Below, piece by piece: positions 8,968 through 18,938 of a DNA stretch of 64,000 bases. The position numbers and the translations under genes are program-made. Origin of the DNA: a virus (lineage: Duplodnaviria > Caudoviricetes). The stretch's first letter is position 1; each line of letters begins with the position of its first letter. Under the pieces are notes generated by a model. That model had not been told where the DNA came from. It did no database searches and saw nothing but the letters and a program-made list of their open reading frames with translations. The stretch spans positions 11,773 through 75,772 of the IMG/VR virus record IMGVR_UViG_3300029288_000148. The stretch is one strand, 5' to 3'.

Positions 8968-11751
8968 TTAATAACTTCGTTCACTGTTTGTTGAAAAAAC
9001 TATTGCAGAATAAATTCTGACTTTTTCCTCATGCTCAGTTGTCTGCAGTCTGACTAAGCAATATCTTCCTCTCATCTCCCTGCCATTCATAGTCCTTGCA
9101 TTCTCTGTTGCAAAAGTACCAGGAGTATTCTGATCTTTTAATATCTGACCATAATAAACTCCCTCTCTATTTTCCCAGACGGCAATGTATGTTTCCATCA
9201 GCGCATAACCAGCCTCTTTGGGAATGGTAACATATCTTGACAAGGAATCCATTTGATGATCACAATAAAGAGCAAGAGCATTAAACACCTTTACTTTCCC
9301 GGGATTTATGTTAGAAGGAAATTGTACTTCTGCAAAAACATTCTCTCCGGCCCACTTCAAATATCCCTGACCTTCATCAACATTCATTATATAAAGACGC
9401 TGATTGTAAATGTGTGCAAAGAAATTACCAAGATGAACATATCCGTCTGTTGGCTGGTTTAACCTCGAAATCCACTGGCCACGGTTCTCACTAAATATAG
9501 CACCGGTTATTTCTTCTTTTACCCGGAAAGTAACCCAAATCTCATTATGTTCTACGTTTGCCCCGGACCGGACCTCAAGATTACCGCTACCTCCGTTTAA
9601 CTGAATCCATCTTAACAGATCCTTAAACCACCGCTTCATCTTTATATCAGAAATCTCAATCTGCCCGTTTGCCGCAGACCGGATATACTTCCCTTCGGTG
9701 TTATCCCAATAATATAGGTATCGATCATTGTTGAGAATACTATCCGGGTGTTGACAGCCATAATCATTCTCCATAGGTCTTTGCGTGCCAAGAAGATTAT
9801 CTATAAGGGTGAATTGTTCTGTGCCATCAGGATTAAATGTTTGTATTCTTTGAATATAAACACTCGTTTCCTTGTGCATCTGCACCACTTTCAAAGTAAA
9901 TCCTATCTCCCTCAGTCCGGTTATTGCTCCATTCTTTTTCGGAAAGTCGATATAATCCTCAAAAGTGAAATGTGCCAGGTTGTTTATCTGTGTACCGGTA
10001 ATAAGAAATCCTCCGTGCCTTAATCTCTCCGGCAAAACATTTTGTCTTAACGGGATCTTGGAATATAAGAATGGCCATCCCTGAGAAGTAAGCTTTGTCT
10101 GGTTTTCCCACCAATCGCTCGGCGCATTGCTTTCTGCCCAAAACTGATATATCTGATCCGATTCATCACGGTAGTTTAGCCGAATATATTTCCATGCATC
10201 ATTGGCAGTATTATAAACTTGCGCATAAGTCTCCGTTATCTTATTTTCATTTATGTACTGATCAATGTCTCCCTTGTGATATTTGTGTCCAAATTCATTT
10301 GTGGCAATATCATAAACCATCCCTGTCCCGTAGTAAGTAGTAATGCCCAATCCCTTCCTTGGTCTATAAATCTCGACAAGAATATTATCCATTCCCTCAA
10401 AGTCTGTCGGATGATCAATAGCCTGTATTAAAAGCCAATCAACTCCTATTGCCTCTCCATACTGTGTGCCGGTCTGTTCTATCTCATAGTCATAAACGTC
10501 TGTATATTCTGTAACAACTCCTGTTCCATCGTCAATGCATGCAATTAATCTCATTCGGTCTCCCTCTTCCCAAATATAATCCGGCACTTTCCATCTTCTG
10601 TTTTGGTTCCTTGTATGATCAATAGTGTCTTGTATCATTACAGAATATCGATCATTGCCAATATCATAAATGGCATTTGCCCTCATCTGAACAAAGAAGT
10701 CCATTGATACATTGCCGGCATATACTATCTCATAAGTATCTGCCCAAGACGGGGGATTGTGACCTATCTTAAAGGTAAGAAGCGCAATTGATGAAAGTAA
10801 TATCCCAGGATCTTCTTCTGCATACCACGGCAAATAAACCTCCATGGCTGAACACCTGATCACTGAACACTGCCTCCCGCAATTATCTTTGTAAACAATA
10901 CCAAAGCTATGTGTTGCTCCATTTTTCAGCACAGGATATTTGGCAGTCAGGCCAAGGTCAAGGATATATGCTGTGACTGTCCATCCTTCAAAGACTGTGT
11001 TTATGTCGCCTGGCTCAATATACGGTGACTGAACAAATCTTCCTGATCTATACAATACCGCAATTTTATAATCTGATGGATGCCCAACAAAAGGTATCTC
11101 ATTCGCCGTCATAGATGCCTGTAGTCCATTCTTTACGTCAAGATAAGTATTGCCTGCCACTGCAAGATAGGACGCTATCTTATCAAACCCAGGACCTTGT
11201 ACGCGGACATAATAAAAGCACCCCTCTCTTATAGTTAAAGGAATAGAAATAAAAAACGATCCTTCAATATTTCGATAAATAGTACTCGATCCATCCTCTC
11301 CTCTTTCATAATCCCAATATCCTCCCCCATAAGGTGTCCCTGGCTCTTTTGTATTATTATCTGCATTTGCCCTCCAAATAATCTGCACTCCAAATGTATC
11401 TGGATGAGAAACCAAATCTCCCTTTTTATAATTATAGCTCGGCAACCAGTTCTGTACTGTTATAGTAGTATAAGTTATCGGTGACTGAGTAAGTTTTGTT
11501 CTTAAATCATACTGTGATGCTTCTGGAGCTTTATTTTCATAATCTATTTCTGTTTCAACAATTGGTTCTACTCCGTCATAACCTTCAGTAATACTTCCCA
11601 GAACAATAGCATTTCCACAAATTAACTCCATGTGCCCGGCCTTAATAGGAACATAAGTAAATGGTTCTGCAACCTCCCCTGCAGAAATAACCTCTTTTAC
11701 CCTGTCGTTGTAAAAGTTATACCTAATATCCGTGTTATGACCGTAAATCAT
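8968..11751 (-). CDS. Tail stabilisation (muzzle) protein, C-terminal part, 927 aa
   Basis: Crass-type muzzle motifs FYND...VPIKA...GNAIVLGSITEGYD, LKNGATHSFGIVYKDNCGRQ, DYGCQHPDSI and C-terminal KVKVFNALAL...NREGVYYG...MRGRYCLV. Confidence 0.75.
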   Translation of the reverse strand: MIYGHNTDIRYNFYNDRVKEVISAGEVAEPFTYVPIKAGHMELICGNAIVLGSITEGYDGVEPIVETEIDYENKAPEASQYDLRTKLTQSPITYTTITVQNWLPSYNYKKGDLVSHPDTFGVQIIWRANADNNTKEPGTPYGGGYWDYERGEDGSSTIYRNIEGSFFISIPLTIREGCFYYVRVQGPGFDKIASYLAVAGNTYLDVKNGLQASMTANEIPFVGHPSDYKIAVLYRSGRFVQSPYIEPGDINTVFEGWTVTAYILDLGLTAKYPVLKNGATHSFGIVYKDNCGRQCSVIRCSAMEVYLPWYAEEDPGILLSSIALLTFKIGHNPPSWADTYEIVYAGNVSMDFFVQMRANAIYDIGNDRYSVMIQDTIDHTRNQNRRWKVPDYIWEEGDRMRLIACIDDGTGVVTEYTDVYDYEIEQTGTQYGEAIGVDWLLIQAIDHPTDFEGMDNILVEIYRPRKGLGITTYYGTGMVYDIATNEFGHKYHKGDIDQYINENKITETYAQVYNTANDAWKYIRLNYRDESDQIYQFWAESNAPSDWWENQTKLTSQGWPFLYSKIPLRQNVLPERLRHGGFLITGTQINNLAHFTFEDYIDFPKKNGAITGLREIGFTLKVVQMHKETSVYIQRIQTFNPDGTEQFTLIDNLLGTQRPMENDYGCQHPDSILNNDRYLYYWDNTEGKYIRSAANGQIEISDIKMKRWFKDLLRWIQLNGGSGNLEVRSGANVEHNEIWVTFRVKEEITGAIFSENRGQWISRLNQPTDGYVHLGNFFAHIYNQRLYIMNVDEGQGYLKWAGENVFAEVQFPSNINPGKVKVFNALALYCDHQMDSLSRYVTIPKEAGYALMETYIAVWENREGVYYGQILKDQNTPGTFATENARTMNGREMRGRYCLVRLQTTEHEEKVRIYSAIVFSTNSERSY

Positions 11752-11760
11752 TTCTTTTTG

Positions 11761-12180
11761 TTAAGTGATGTAAATAACCCCACGGGCATTCCATGTTATT
11801 GTGGATGTGCCATTGGTAACAATCTGGTTTATCAGCATATTTATAATACACAGGATTCTTGATGTCGCTGGATTGCCAGAATTTACATAAATGGCAATAT
11901 ATTGATAGTCCAAGTATGCCCCTGGCCCAATTACCGGATTGCTGGTAAAATCCAAATAGGCATTATTCCCCTCATAACCAGCCGTATTTCCCGTCAATTT
12001 AAACCCCCCGGCCGTATATACTCCTCCGGTGTCCGTAACTTCATTTGCAGATACCTGTGAGATGTACTGCTGATTTGCTGCGTCCTGAACATGCGTGTCT
12101 TTTAGCAACATCGCATAAATATTCTCTCCTGCCCAGTCTGTTGCAATTTTGTTTTTTTCGAATTTTGGAATTATACTCAT
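11761..12180 (-). CDS. Conserved phage virion-associated beta-sandwich protein, 139 aa
   Basis: YTAGG..L...IAIY...ITW...G pattern seen in small phage tail-associated proteins; sits between two muzzle fragments. Confidence 0.5.
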   Translation of the reverse strand: MSIIPKFEKNKIATDWAGENIYAMLLKDTHVQDAANQQYISQVSANEVTDTGGVYTAGGFKLTGNTAGYEGNNAYLDFTSNPVIGPGAYLDYQYIAIYVNSGNPATSRILCIINMLINQIVTNGTSTITWNARGVIYIT

Positions 12181-12192
12181 GATTTTAAAATT

Positions 12193-13974
12193 TTAAAATT
12201 CTTCACTTCTCAAATATACTGCAATAGTTTCTCCGGCGTTAGGGACAGAGATTAAATTAATAATTACCATATTTTCTTGTAAATTATTTGCGGAGAACGA
12301 TCCGGCACTTCCCTTCCAAACGCCATTAACTAATTCTCTCCAATAAATTGTAAATACTTCGCCCGCCGCCTTCCCTGGATATGTCGGAGTAAAGGTTAGT
12401 GCTATTTCAAGGTAGCCCACATAGGCTGATGCGCTTTTTGTCAAATAATCTATTGTTAGTCCATTCGGATCTGAAAATCCCACCAATAACGAACAATATA
12501 TCGGGACTGATGGTATTACAGGATGTTCATCTTGCAATACATCTAACGAGAAAATGCTTCCTGCGATATTTTGCATAATGACACTCCCTGTTAGTGGATT
12601 GTAAGTATCATTATTAACAATTGGATACATCCTTATCGTTTCCCCATTTGCAATATTATCCAATGCAACTAAGTTATTCCCAAGAGAATCTATTACTTGC
12701 ATCCATGAGGGGAACGAAGATAATATTGCATCTCCTGGCCCTACGGATATTGTTACTGCCTTTGCTGCTGATATTCCTATCTCTGCGAAACTCTCATTAT
12801 AAACCCATTCAAGAGAACTTTCAGATAGATTAACATATACATTTGTTATGGTTGGCACTCTTATGCTTAATGCCATAGTCCCATATAATGGAGCGACTAC
12901 GGCTGAGTTTGTTATTATCGGAAGCTTTATTGTCAATGCCATTGTTGAATAGCTTGGCATTGTCAACTTACTACCCTCTGCAAGTATTGTCTGAGATACT
13001 TCTTCAATCCCAAACTTATCAATCTCCTCGACTAAAAACCACGTTGAAGGATCTTGGCTACTTCTTCCAATAATCCTTATCTTCCTTACCTCCTCACCTC
13101 CGGTGTTGACGACTATCTCAAGTGCATTGTTCTGTGAAATAATCTCGGTGGCTTGCCCTGTTGCTACTTCCTCTTCTGCTTGCGGTAATGCAACAATGCT
13201 GGCTGGGGAATAAGTACTTTGTCTGAAATCAAGGTAAACATAGTTGTATGCAAACTGAAATAATGTTTGCCGAAGTCCGTTTATCTTTCTCGAATCATCA
13301 GTCTTATAAGTAACAACAGGCGGCTTGTCCGGAGGAATAGGTGCAAAATAAAAGTTCTTAACATTCATGGAATAATATGCCTCGTCAATAAGGCAAAGCT
13401 GTTCCCAGTATGTTGTTTCGCTTCGCGGATCAAAATTCGTTCCCGGGACAATACATTTATAAAAATGCTTTCCTTTTGAAACGATCTGTCCTGCCTGATA
13501 AAAAACTGTTTCATCCCATGCAGTAGTTGTTGGGTATGGATCGTAGCCAATACCATAGAAGAATGACTTTTTCGCCCTTTCAATATCTATTTGATAAACC
13601 GGATTTAAATTATCGGTAAATATCAATTTGCCATGGACAACCCTTGCATTACGAATCCTGTTCAACTTATTCAACCCAAGTGCATTGTTATCATTGAAAT
13701 AAACAACGGCAATAACTCTTGTGTCGATCTCTATCTCAAATATCCAATCACGGTTATAATAAGTATCAAGATAAATGAGATACAGTTTCCGGTGTTCTTT
13801 GTCAATAGCTTTTCCCAAAAGGAATGTCGTGTACTTTGAATGAGTTCCCGGATTGATCGTTCCAGTATCTTTTATCAGCCTGACAGAAAGATAATAAGTT
13901 TTGAGTGTAACGGCTTTTATCGCTTCTGCACTATCATAAGACAAATAGAAATATTTTCCAAGAAGATCACTCAT
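12193..13974 (-). CDS. Tail stabilisation (muzzle) protein, middle part, with N-terminal FISUMP remnant and C-terminal extension, 593 aa
   Basis: LLGKAID...LIFTDNLNPVYQIDIERAK and LFQFAYNYVYLDFRQSTYSP are Crass-type muzzle motifs; the first 36 aa end in LSVRLIKD, the FISUMP terminal motif. Confidence 0.7.
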   Translation of the reverse strand: MSDLLGKYFYLSYDSAEAIKAVTLKTYYLSVRLIKDTGTINPGTHSKYTTFLLGKAIDKEHRKLYLIYLDTYYNRDWIFEIEIDTRVIAVVYFNDNNALGLNKLNRIRNARVVHGKLIFTDNLNPVYQIDIERAKKSFFYGIGYDPYPTTTAWDETVFYQAGQIVSKGKHFYKCIVPGTNFDPRSETTYWEQLCLIDEAYYSMNVKNFYFAPIPPDKPPVVTYKTDDSRKINGLRQTLFQFAYNYVYLDFRQSTYSPASIVALPQAEEEVATGQATEIISQNNALEIVVNTGGEEVRKIRIIGRSSQDPSTWFLVEEIDKFGIEEVSQTILAEGSKLTMPSYSTMALTIKLPIITNSAVVAPLYGTMALSIRVPTITNVYVNLSESSLEWVYNESFAEIGISAAKAVTISVGPGDAILSSFPSWMQVIDSLGNNLVALDNIANGETIRMYPIVNNDTYNPLTGSVIMQNIAGSIFSLDVLQDEHPVIPSVPIYCSLLVGFSDPNGLTIDYLTKSASAYVGYLEIALTFTPTYPGKAAGEVFTIYWRELVNGVWKGSAGSFSANNLQENMVIINLISVPNAGETIAVYLRSEEF

Positions 13975-13975
13975 C

Positions 13976-16447
13976 CTATAAAGTAATTACTTCAATTATG
14001 TAATTCATCAAAACATCGTCCGTTGATGAGCTATCAACACTCACGGACATTATTATATTCCCCGAACTAAGAGAACTTGTTATTGTAATACCAACATTGT
14101 CGCCATAATATTCCACCGATTGATCTGTTAATGGGTTTTTGTTAATGATAAACACTGTCCCCATCTGGTCATTTGATCCTCGTCTTGCAGCATAGTCTAT
14201 TATAACTGCGCTATCTGTTGATAAATTTCCTACGACAATATTGGTTACAGCTCCATAAGGAAGTATCCCTTCAGGAATGACAGGTTCAGGTTCTTCTTCA
14301 GGAAGAACATTCGTTATACAATTAATACTATTCTGCTCAAATTGAGGATTCCCTCCAATTTCATCCCATGATACTCCATTGTCAACCGATCTCCAAATAT
14401 CTCCGGTGTCATCACCTATTAAGATAACTCCATCAGCAATATGCGTAGCGCATAGTATCGATGTGGCAATTCCCAAAACATTTATTTCTGTTGTAAAATC
14501 ATCATCAGTATAACTTATGCTTTCAGTGTTACAGCTAAATAGTATCCTTGATCCATTTGCGCCAATTATGAAATTTACCTTATTACTACCAAAGCTTCCC
14601 ATGTCTGCCCAACTCTCTCCTCCGTCAGCCGATCTCCATATATGACCATCAGTATCTCCCGCATATATATTTGATGAACTATCTGTATAGGCTGCAGAAA
14701 AACCACCTGCCTGTTTTAAGGAATAAGTTGCGCTATCAATAGTCCAATTATAAATACCTGTACTGGTAATAAGTATTACATTCGTTTCGTCAATGAAAGA
14801 AGATCCATAAAGTACTCCCAGATTTAATCCGGAAGACTTAAATGTTGCTCCACCATCTATACTGTAATTAAGGTTCCCAAGGGCATCAGAAACTACAACT
14901 ACCTCCTGAAATGCTCCGATGTGGTAAATATGATCCGATCCGGCACTCCCAGCATAAGTATAATATCCTGTTGAATAGTTAATAACTCTGCCTTGGTCGG
15001 TGCTATAAATTATATCACCATTTCCAAGTCTTGCAAAACTTGTCGGATTGCCCAGATTAAAACTGCCTTCATTTACAAATGTTATTCCAACGTCAACGGA
15101 TCTGAGAATTAATCCACCTATCGATGTCCCTGCCAAGATGAAACTTTCGGAATCGATACTCAGCGATTTAACAAGTCGAACATTGGCTACTACAAGATTT
15201 TTATCTAAATGTTCTGTTGTCCAAAAAACTCCACTATTAGAAACAAGGTAAGGCATATAAATCTCTGTTTCATCAAACATTTCGCTTGTTGCAAAAAATG
15301 CAAATTCTTTTATACTGGAAAAAGAGGCATCAATCTTATTTCTATATCCTCCCCCAAGCGCAGTAAATCCTGATTCGTTTGTTGCTCCGGTATTAGGGGC
15401 GTTCCAATGAACTAATCCAGTTTCCTTCATCTTCCCGCCTGCGTTATATGCTCCACCAATCGCACTCGCTAATTTTGCCCAATCCTGTAATGTAGGAACT
15501 CTCCACCCTTCTTCATGAACACCATTACGAAGCATATAGGCTATTCCCTTGGCATTTGTATAGGCATAGGCGCTATAGATAATGCCATAATCGCGATATG
15601 TAACCGGATCGTTATCATACCAACAATATCCTCCATTATGCCCTGCACTGCCATCTTCTGCAAGCCAATCCGCATCTAAGGTAAGGTTTGGTATTGCTGT
15701 CCCGTCAGCGTATTTTGTGACTATTAGGTTTTCGATAAGCCAAACTTGGTTGCCAACAACAACTTCTGTGTAAATATTCCCATCCAGATCAGTAAGCACA
15801 CCAATGTCAGCGTCTTTCAGCCAAAACGTAGCTTTCTCTTTTAAAAGCTTAAATATCGTATCAAACATTCCACAGGGAAGTGCGGTAAAATTACTTGAGT
15901 TATCTGCTAAAAGGTTTGGCGATGCCCAATGAGTAAGTCCGGCCTCCTTCATCTTTGCCCCAGCCACTAATGCACCGCCAAGATATGACATCAATTCGTC
16001 AAAATCTGATTCAAAAGGCACCCTCCACCCTGCAGGCGCAAAATCCCCTTGTTGTATCATATCCCAATTATAAAGCCCCCCACAGGACACCCTGTTTTCT
16101 TCATCATCATTAAATACTTTGCTCCCGGGATAATCAAAATCCCAATTCTTTCCCATCCATACCTGATCTCCAATTGCGACTTCCGGATAACCCTCGTAAA
16201 TGAATTGTGATCCAATGGCCCCGCCATAATAACCAGGAATAGAGGCGTCAATCAATAGCTCCACCTCTGCAAGTAAGGTTTCCATTAATCCAAACCCTTG
16301 CTGTTCGTCACTGGAAGCCACCCTTACGTTCAGGGCATCGAGATATTCTCCGTTTAAGAAATTCTCAACATCCTCTGGAGAATGATCTTTATTCATCCCC
16401 AGCGAAAAACGCCGCTCATCGTGATTTTGTCCCTGATTCTGCCTCAT
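13976..16447 (-). CDS. Muzzle N-terminal fragment fused to two FISUMP (Fibrobacter succinogenes major paralogous) domains, a BNR-type beta-propeller and a C-terminal domain, 823 aa
   Basis: Begins GMNKD...GEYLDALNVRV (Crass muzzle N-terminus). IGDQVWMGKN...GGLYNW...PAGWRVP and TDLDGNIYTEVVVGNQVWLIENL...YCWYDND...GWRVPT are FISUMP motifs; repeated SxDGG/SVDNG BNR motifs follow. Confidence 0.75.
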   Translation of the reverse strand: MRQNQGQNHDERRFSLGMNKDHSPEDVENFLNGEYLDALNVRVASSDEQQGFGLMETLLAEVELLIDASIPGYYGGAIGSQFIYEGYPEVAIGDQVWMGKNWDFDYPGSKVFNDDEENRVSCGGLYNWDMIQQGDFAPAGWRVPFESDFDELMSYLGGALVAGAKMKEAGLTHWASPNLLADNSSNFTALPCGMFDTIFKLLKEKATFWLKDADIGVLTDLDGNIYTEVVVGNQVWLIENLIVTKYADGTAIPNLTLDADWLAEDGSAGHNGGYCWYDNDPVTYRDYGIIYSAYAYTNAKGIAYMLRNGVHEEGWRVPTLQDWAKLASAIGGAYNAGGKMKETGLVHWNAPNTGATNESGFTALGGGYRNKIDASFSSIKEFAFFATSEMFDETEIYMPYLVSNSGVFWTTEHLDKNLVVANVRLVKSLSIDSESFILAGTSIGGLILRSVDVGITFVNEGSFNLGNPTSFARLGNGDIIYSTDQGRVINYSTGYYTYAGSAGSDHIYHIGAFQEVVVVSDALGNLNYSIDGGATFKSSGLNLGVLYGSSFIDETNVILITSTGIYNWTIDSATYSLKQAGGFSAAYTDSSSNIYAGDTDGHIWRSADGGESWADMGSFGSNKVNFIIGANGSRILFSCNTESISYTDDDFTTEINVLGIATSILCATHIADGVILIGDDTGDIWRSVDNGVSWDEIGGNPQFEQNSINCITNVLPEEEPEPVIPEGILPYGAVTNIVVGNLSTDSAVIIDYAARRGSNDQMGTVFIINKNPLTDQSVEYYGDNVGITITSSLSSGNIIMSVSVDSSSTDDVLMNYIIEVITL

Positions 16448-17214
16448 CTCTTAGGTGTCTGTCTATAAGTCTTGTACAGCATCCGTTTGTACTCGTCTTT
16501 TGTAAATGCTGACTGAAAATATCTTAATGCCTCGATTTCTTCTTCATGTCCTCTTTTTCTTCTTTCTTTTTCGGTATAAGGTGTTCTTGAATCAAATTCA
16601 ACCATTTGCCACAAAATGTATGTTCTTATGGCCGGCACACATTCTCTGGGAATAGCTGAAGATCCTGTTGCTTTTACTCCGGAAGAAATATATTCCAGAA
16701 CAATTTGGGATCTTGGCACCGATCCGGTAAACACAATTGTCCCCATCTCCCTGTCAAAACGGTAATAAGCATCATCAATGCCTCCGGGCATGCCATATAA
16801 CCCCCCGACAAACTGCCCTCCTCGAAAATGATCTGAAAAATATACCAATGATGCTGCATCAACCGTGTCATCTGCATCTGTATTCCCTACAGGCGTTCCG
16901 TCCGGAAATGTCCTTGGTAAAAGTATTTGTTGGTGGTTTGTTAATACCCTTAGTTTGCCATTTATCGGAACACCTATCTTCAGCCAATCCACAAAGTCTG
17001 CCGGAAGCGTAACTACTTTTGCTGAGTTCATTTCAAGATATACAACTTCGTAATTGTCGATATGGAAAAGATTTAACTCTGTATATCCGCTTATTGCAAG
17101 TTGCATAAGTCTGTAATAATGCCTCATGGAATAGTCTCCAAGCAGGTTTAAGACACTCATGACAATATATCTTAGTGTAACTACTCCCGGGGTTTTTGGT
17201 GAATCAAAGCTCAT
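16444..17214 (-). CDS. Tail ring / head-tail connector protein, 256 aa
   Basis: LPADFVDWLKIG and IVLEYISSG motifs typical of Crass-type ring proteins; directly upstream of the muzzle gene. Confidence 0.6.
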   Translation of the reverse strand: MSFDSPKTPGVVTLRYIVMSVLNLLGDYSMRHYYRLMQLAISGYTELNLFHIDNYEVVYLEMNSAKVVTLPADFVDWLKIGVPINGKLRVLTNHQQILLPRTFPDGTPVGNTDADDTVDAASLVYFSDHFRGGQFVGGLYGMPGGIDDAYYRFDREMGTIVFTGSVPRSQIVLEYISSGVKATGSSAIPRECVPAIRTYILWQMVEFDSRTPYTEKERRKRGHEEEIEALRYFQSAFTKDEYKRMLYKTYRQTPKR

Positions 17215-17225
17215 TTATTTCATTA

Positions 17226-17915
17226 TTAAAATTGGTTTGGCCTGTTGGCTACCTGGTCCGGAGCTAAATCCTGTGGTGGTTTATTTCTCAAAAACTCCAC
17301 AGTTTGCTTTACAAGAATATCTTCCTGTCCTGCGGGCATAGCAATATCATCATAATCACCTATCTGATCAAGGGGCACGATCATTTTTACATTAAGAGTA
17401 AATGGGTCAAACATCGAATATAGATTGTATGTCGATAGCGGGATTTTTGCAAGCCTTAAAATATGCGATGCCCCCGCAAGCAGTGTGTTATTCATCTCAA
17501 GCCGAAAAGTAGGAGTTGCATCAATTGACGATACTTCAAGTTCGTTAAAGATTGCAACAGCAGTATTGTCAAGATATGCAAAAACTATATTATCGTCTCC
17601 TTTCACCGCAACTTCTCTTATCCCCATATTGTCCGGAAGCTGCATTGGGGGATATGGTAATCTTATATGACCGCTTACAAGGCTTCCGGCAGTAACGGCA
17701 TCATATAATTCAAGCTCATACGTATATGTCCACGCATCAAGCTGGCTGTAATCGGTAAACTTCTTACAGTTTAACCATACTTGGTACACAACCTGGTTAA
17801 ACGCATTTTCCAGATATTTCTTTATGATAGCAGGATGATATTGTCCAATCATATCATCCGGATGCCCACTGGCAAGGAAATCTCCCACCAAATCGACCAG
17901 GTTTTCTTTTTTCAT
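17226..17915 (-). CDS. Tail ring protein, 229 aa
   Basis: Size, LPYPPMQLP motif and position in the ring-gene cluster. Confidence 0.5.
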   Translation of the reverse strand: MKKENLVDLVGDFLASGHPDDMIGQYHPAIIKKYLENAFNQVVYQVWLNCKKFTDYSQLDAWTYTYELELYDAVTAGSLVSGHIRLPYPPMQLPDNMGIREVAVKGDDNIVFAYLDNTAVAIFNELEVSSIDATPTFRLEMNNTLLAGASHILRLAKIPLSTYNLYSMFDPFTLNVKMIVPLDQIGDYDDIAMPAGQEDILVKQTVEFLRNKPPQDLAPDQVANRPNQF

Positions 17916-18077
17916 TTACCGTCTCTTTTTTGAAGATGATTTCTTTCCCTGCGTCCAACCGCCGCCGGCCTTCCGCTTAATTCCGATGCTGTCACTGCAT
18001 ATACCGTAAGCCGAAGATTTACTCTTACCTGATGACATTACTTTCTTAATACAGCGTTCAAGTTTTTTGGGTGCCAT
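17916..18077 (-). CDS. Small basic protein, 53 aa (MAPKKLERCIKKVMSSGKSKSSAYGIC...)
   Basis: Below the ORF-track cutoff. ATG at 18077, TAA at 17916-17918 abutting the next start; K/R/S-rich. Confidence 0.65.
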   Translation of the reverse strand: MAPKKLERCIKKVMSSGKSKSSAYGICSDSIGIKRKAGGGWTQGKKSSSKKRR

Positions 18078-18087
18078 GGTTTAAATT

Positions 18088-18792
18088 TTAAGTTCCTGTT
18101 TGTTTTTTCATTTCCGAGTATTGAAGAATGTCCGCGTCTCTTAGGTTTATCCCAAGATAGCCAAGCATCATAGCCACCAAAGAGAGCTTTTCGTCTTCAG
18201 GCCATTCAAATTCAACCGAAGCTGCTGCATTGTACGTAATATATCCAGCATACTGATTGTATGAAAAAACCGGATCAATAGGGAATCTCCAATAGTAAAA
18301 ATCAACAACAGTAACCGTTATCGGATAAATCTGTATTCCCGCACTTCTCATCACCCCTATCGGATAAGTTGTTGTTGGTCTTTTTGTATAATTACTCCTT
18401 CTTGCTGCAGCCTGCGTTTCGGTCAATATCTCTACTTGGCGGGGGATAACTTCTGGGGCAACGCCAGTAAATACCGTTTGGTTATATACTATCTGGTCCC
18501 TGTGTGCATAATCCTCTGGATACGGAAGTAATCCCGCAACTGCCGGAGTGTTTATCAATGGAGTGGCTTTAAACTTCCTCAAATCGTCTGCATTCTTCAG
18601 CGTGATCTCAACATACTCCCTTGGAACCGGTCTCCCTGGCTGATACTCCTCCGGCAATCCAAACTTCTTTTTGAACTTGTCGATATTGACAACTTTTATT
18701 AACTGACGAAATCTTTCCGGAGTTAGCACATTGCCACCGTAATCTTTGTTTAAGATTAGTTCCATCAGGCTATACATGTCGAATAGTGTCAC
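18088..18792 (-). CDS. Tail tubular / ring protein (P22 gp4-like position), 234 aa
   Basis: MTLFDMYSLMELILNKDYGG...NKD, FYYWRFPIDP and FEWPED match the first ring protein of Crass-type tails. Confidence 0.65.
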   Translation of the reverse strand: MTLFDMYSLMELILNKDYGGNVLTPERFRQLIKVVNIDKFKKKFGLPEEYQPGRPVPREYVEITLKNADDLRKFKATPLINTPAVAGLLPYPEDYAHRDQIVYNQTVFTGVAPEVIPRQVEILTETQAAARRSNYTKRPTTTYPIGVMRSAGIQIYPITVTVVDFYYWRFPIDPVFSYNQYAGYITYNAAASVEFEWPEDEKLSLVAMMLGYLGINLRDADILQYSEMKKQTGT

Positions 18793-18812
18793 TTCCTTAT
18801 TTTTTTTTAAAA

Positions 18813-18938
18813 TTATTTGTCAAATTCATTTATCGTATCCCTCTGTACTTCCGGGCATGGTCGAAACTTTGAATGAGCCTTCCAGCCTCCCCAGAAACAT
18901 ACTGCCACGAGTGTTATTACCAAATACCAGTTTTTCAT
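18813..18938 (-). pseudogene. Short membrane peptide, 41 aa (MKNWYLVITLVAVCFWGGWKAHSKFRPCPEVQRDTINEFDK), possibly a truncated spanin-like gene
   Basis: Manual translation: N-terminal TM segment then CPEVQRDTI, ending early. Confidence 0.4.

Noticed and set aside
13970-15812. Self-splicing intron or stop-codon readthrough rejoining the muzzle fragments
   Set aside because: The insert is fully protein-coding with no group I/II core visible, and the ATG after the TAG is out of frame, so readthrough would not fuse the ORFs
13867-16447. Diversity-generating retroelement targeting the FISUMP domains
   Set aside because: No reverse transcriptase and no TR/VR pair differing only at adenines seen in the window; it could exist elsewhere in the genome
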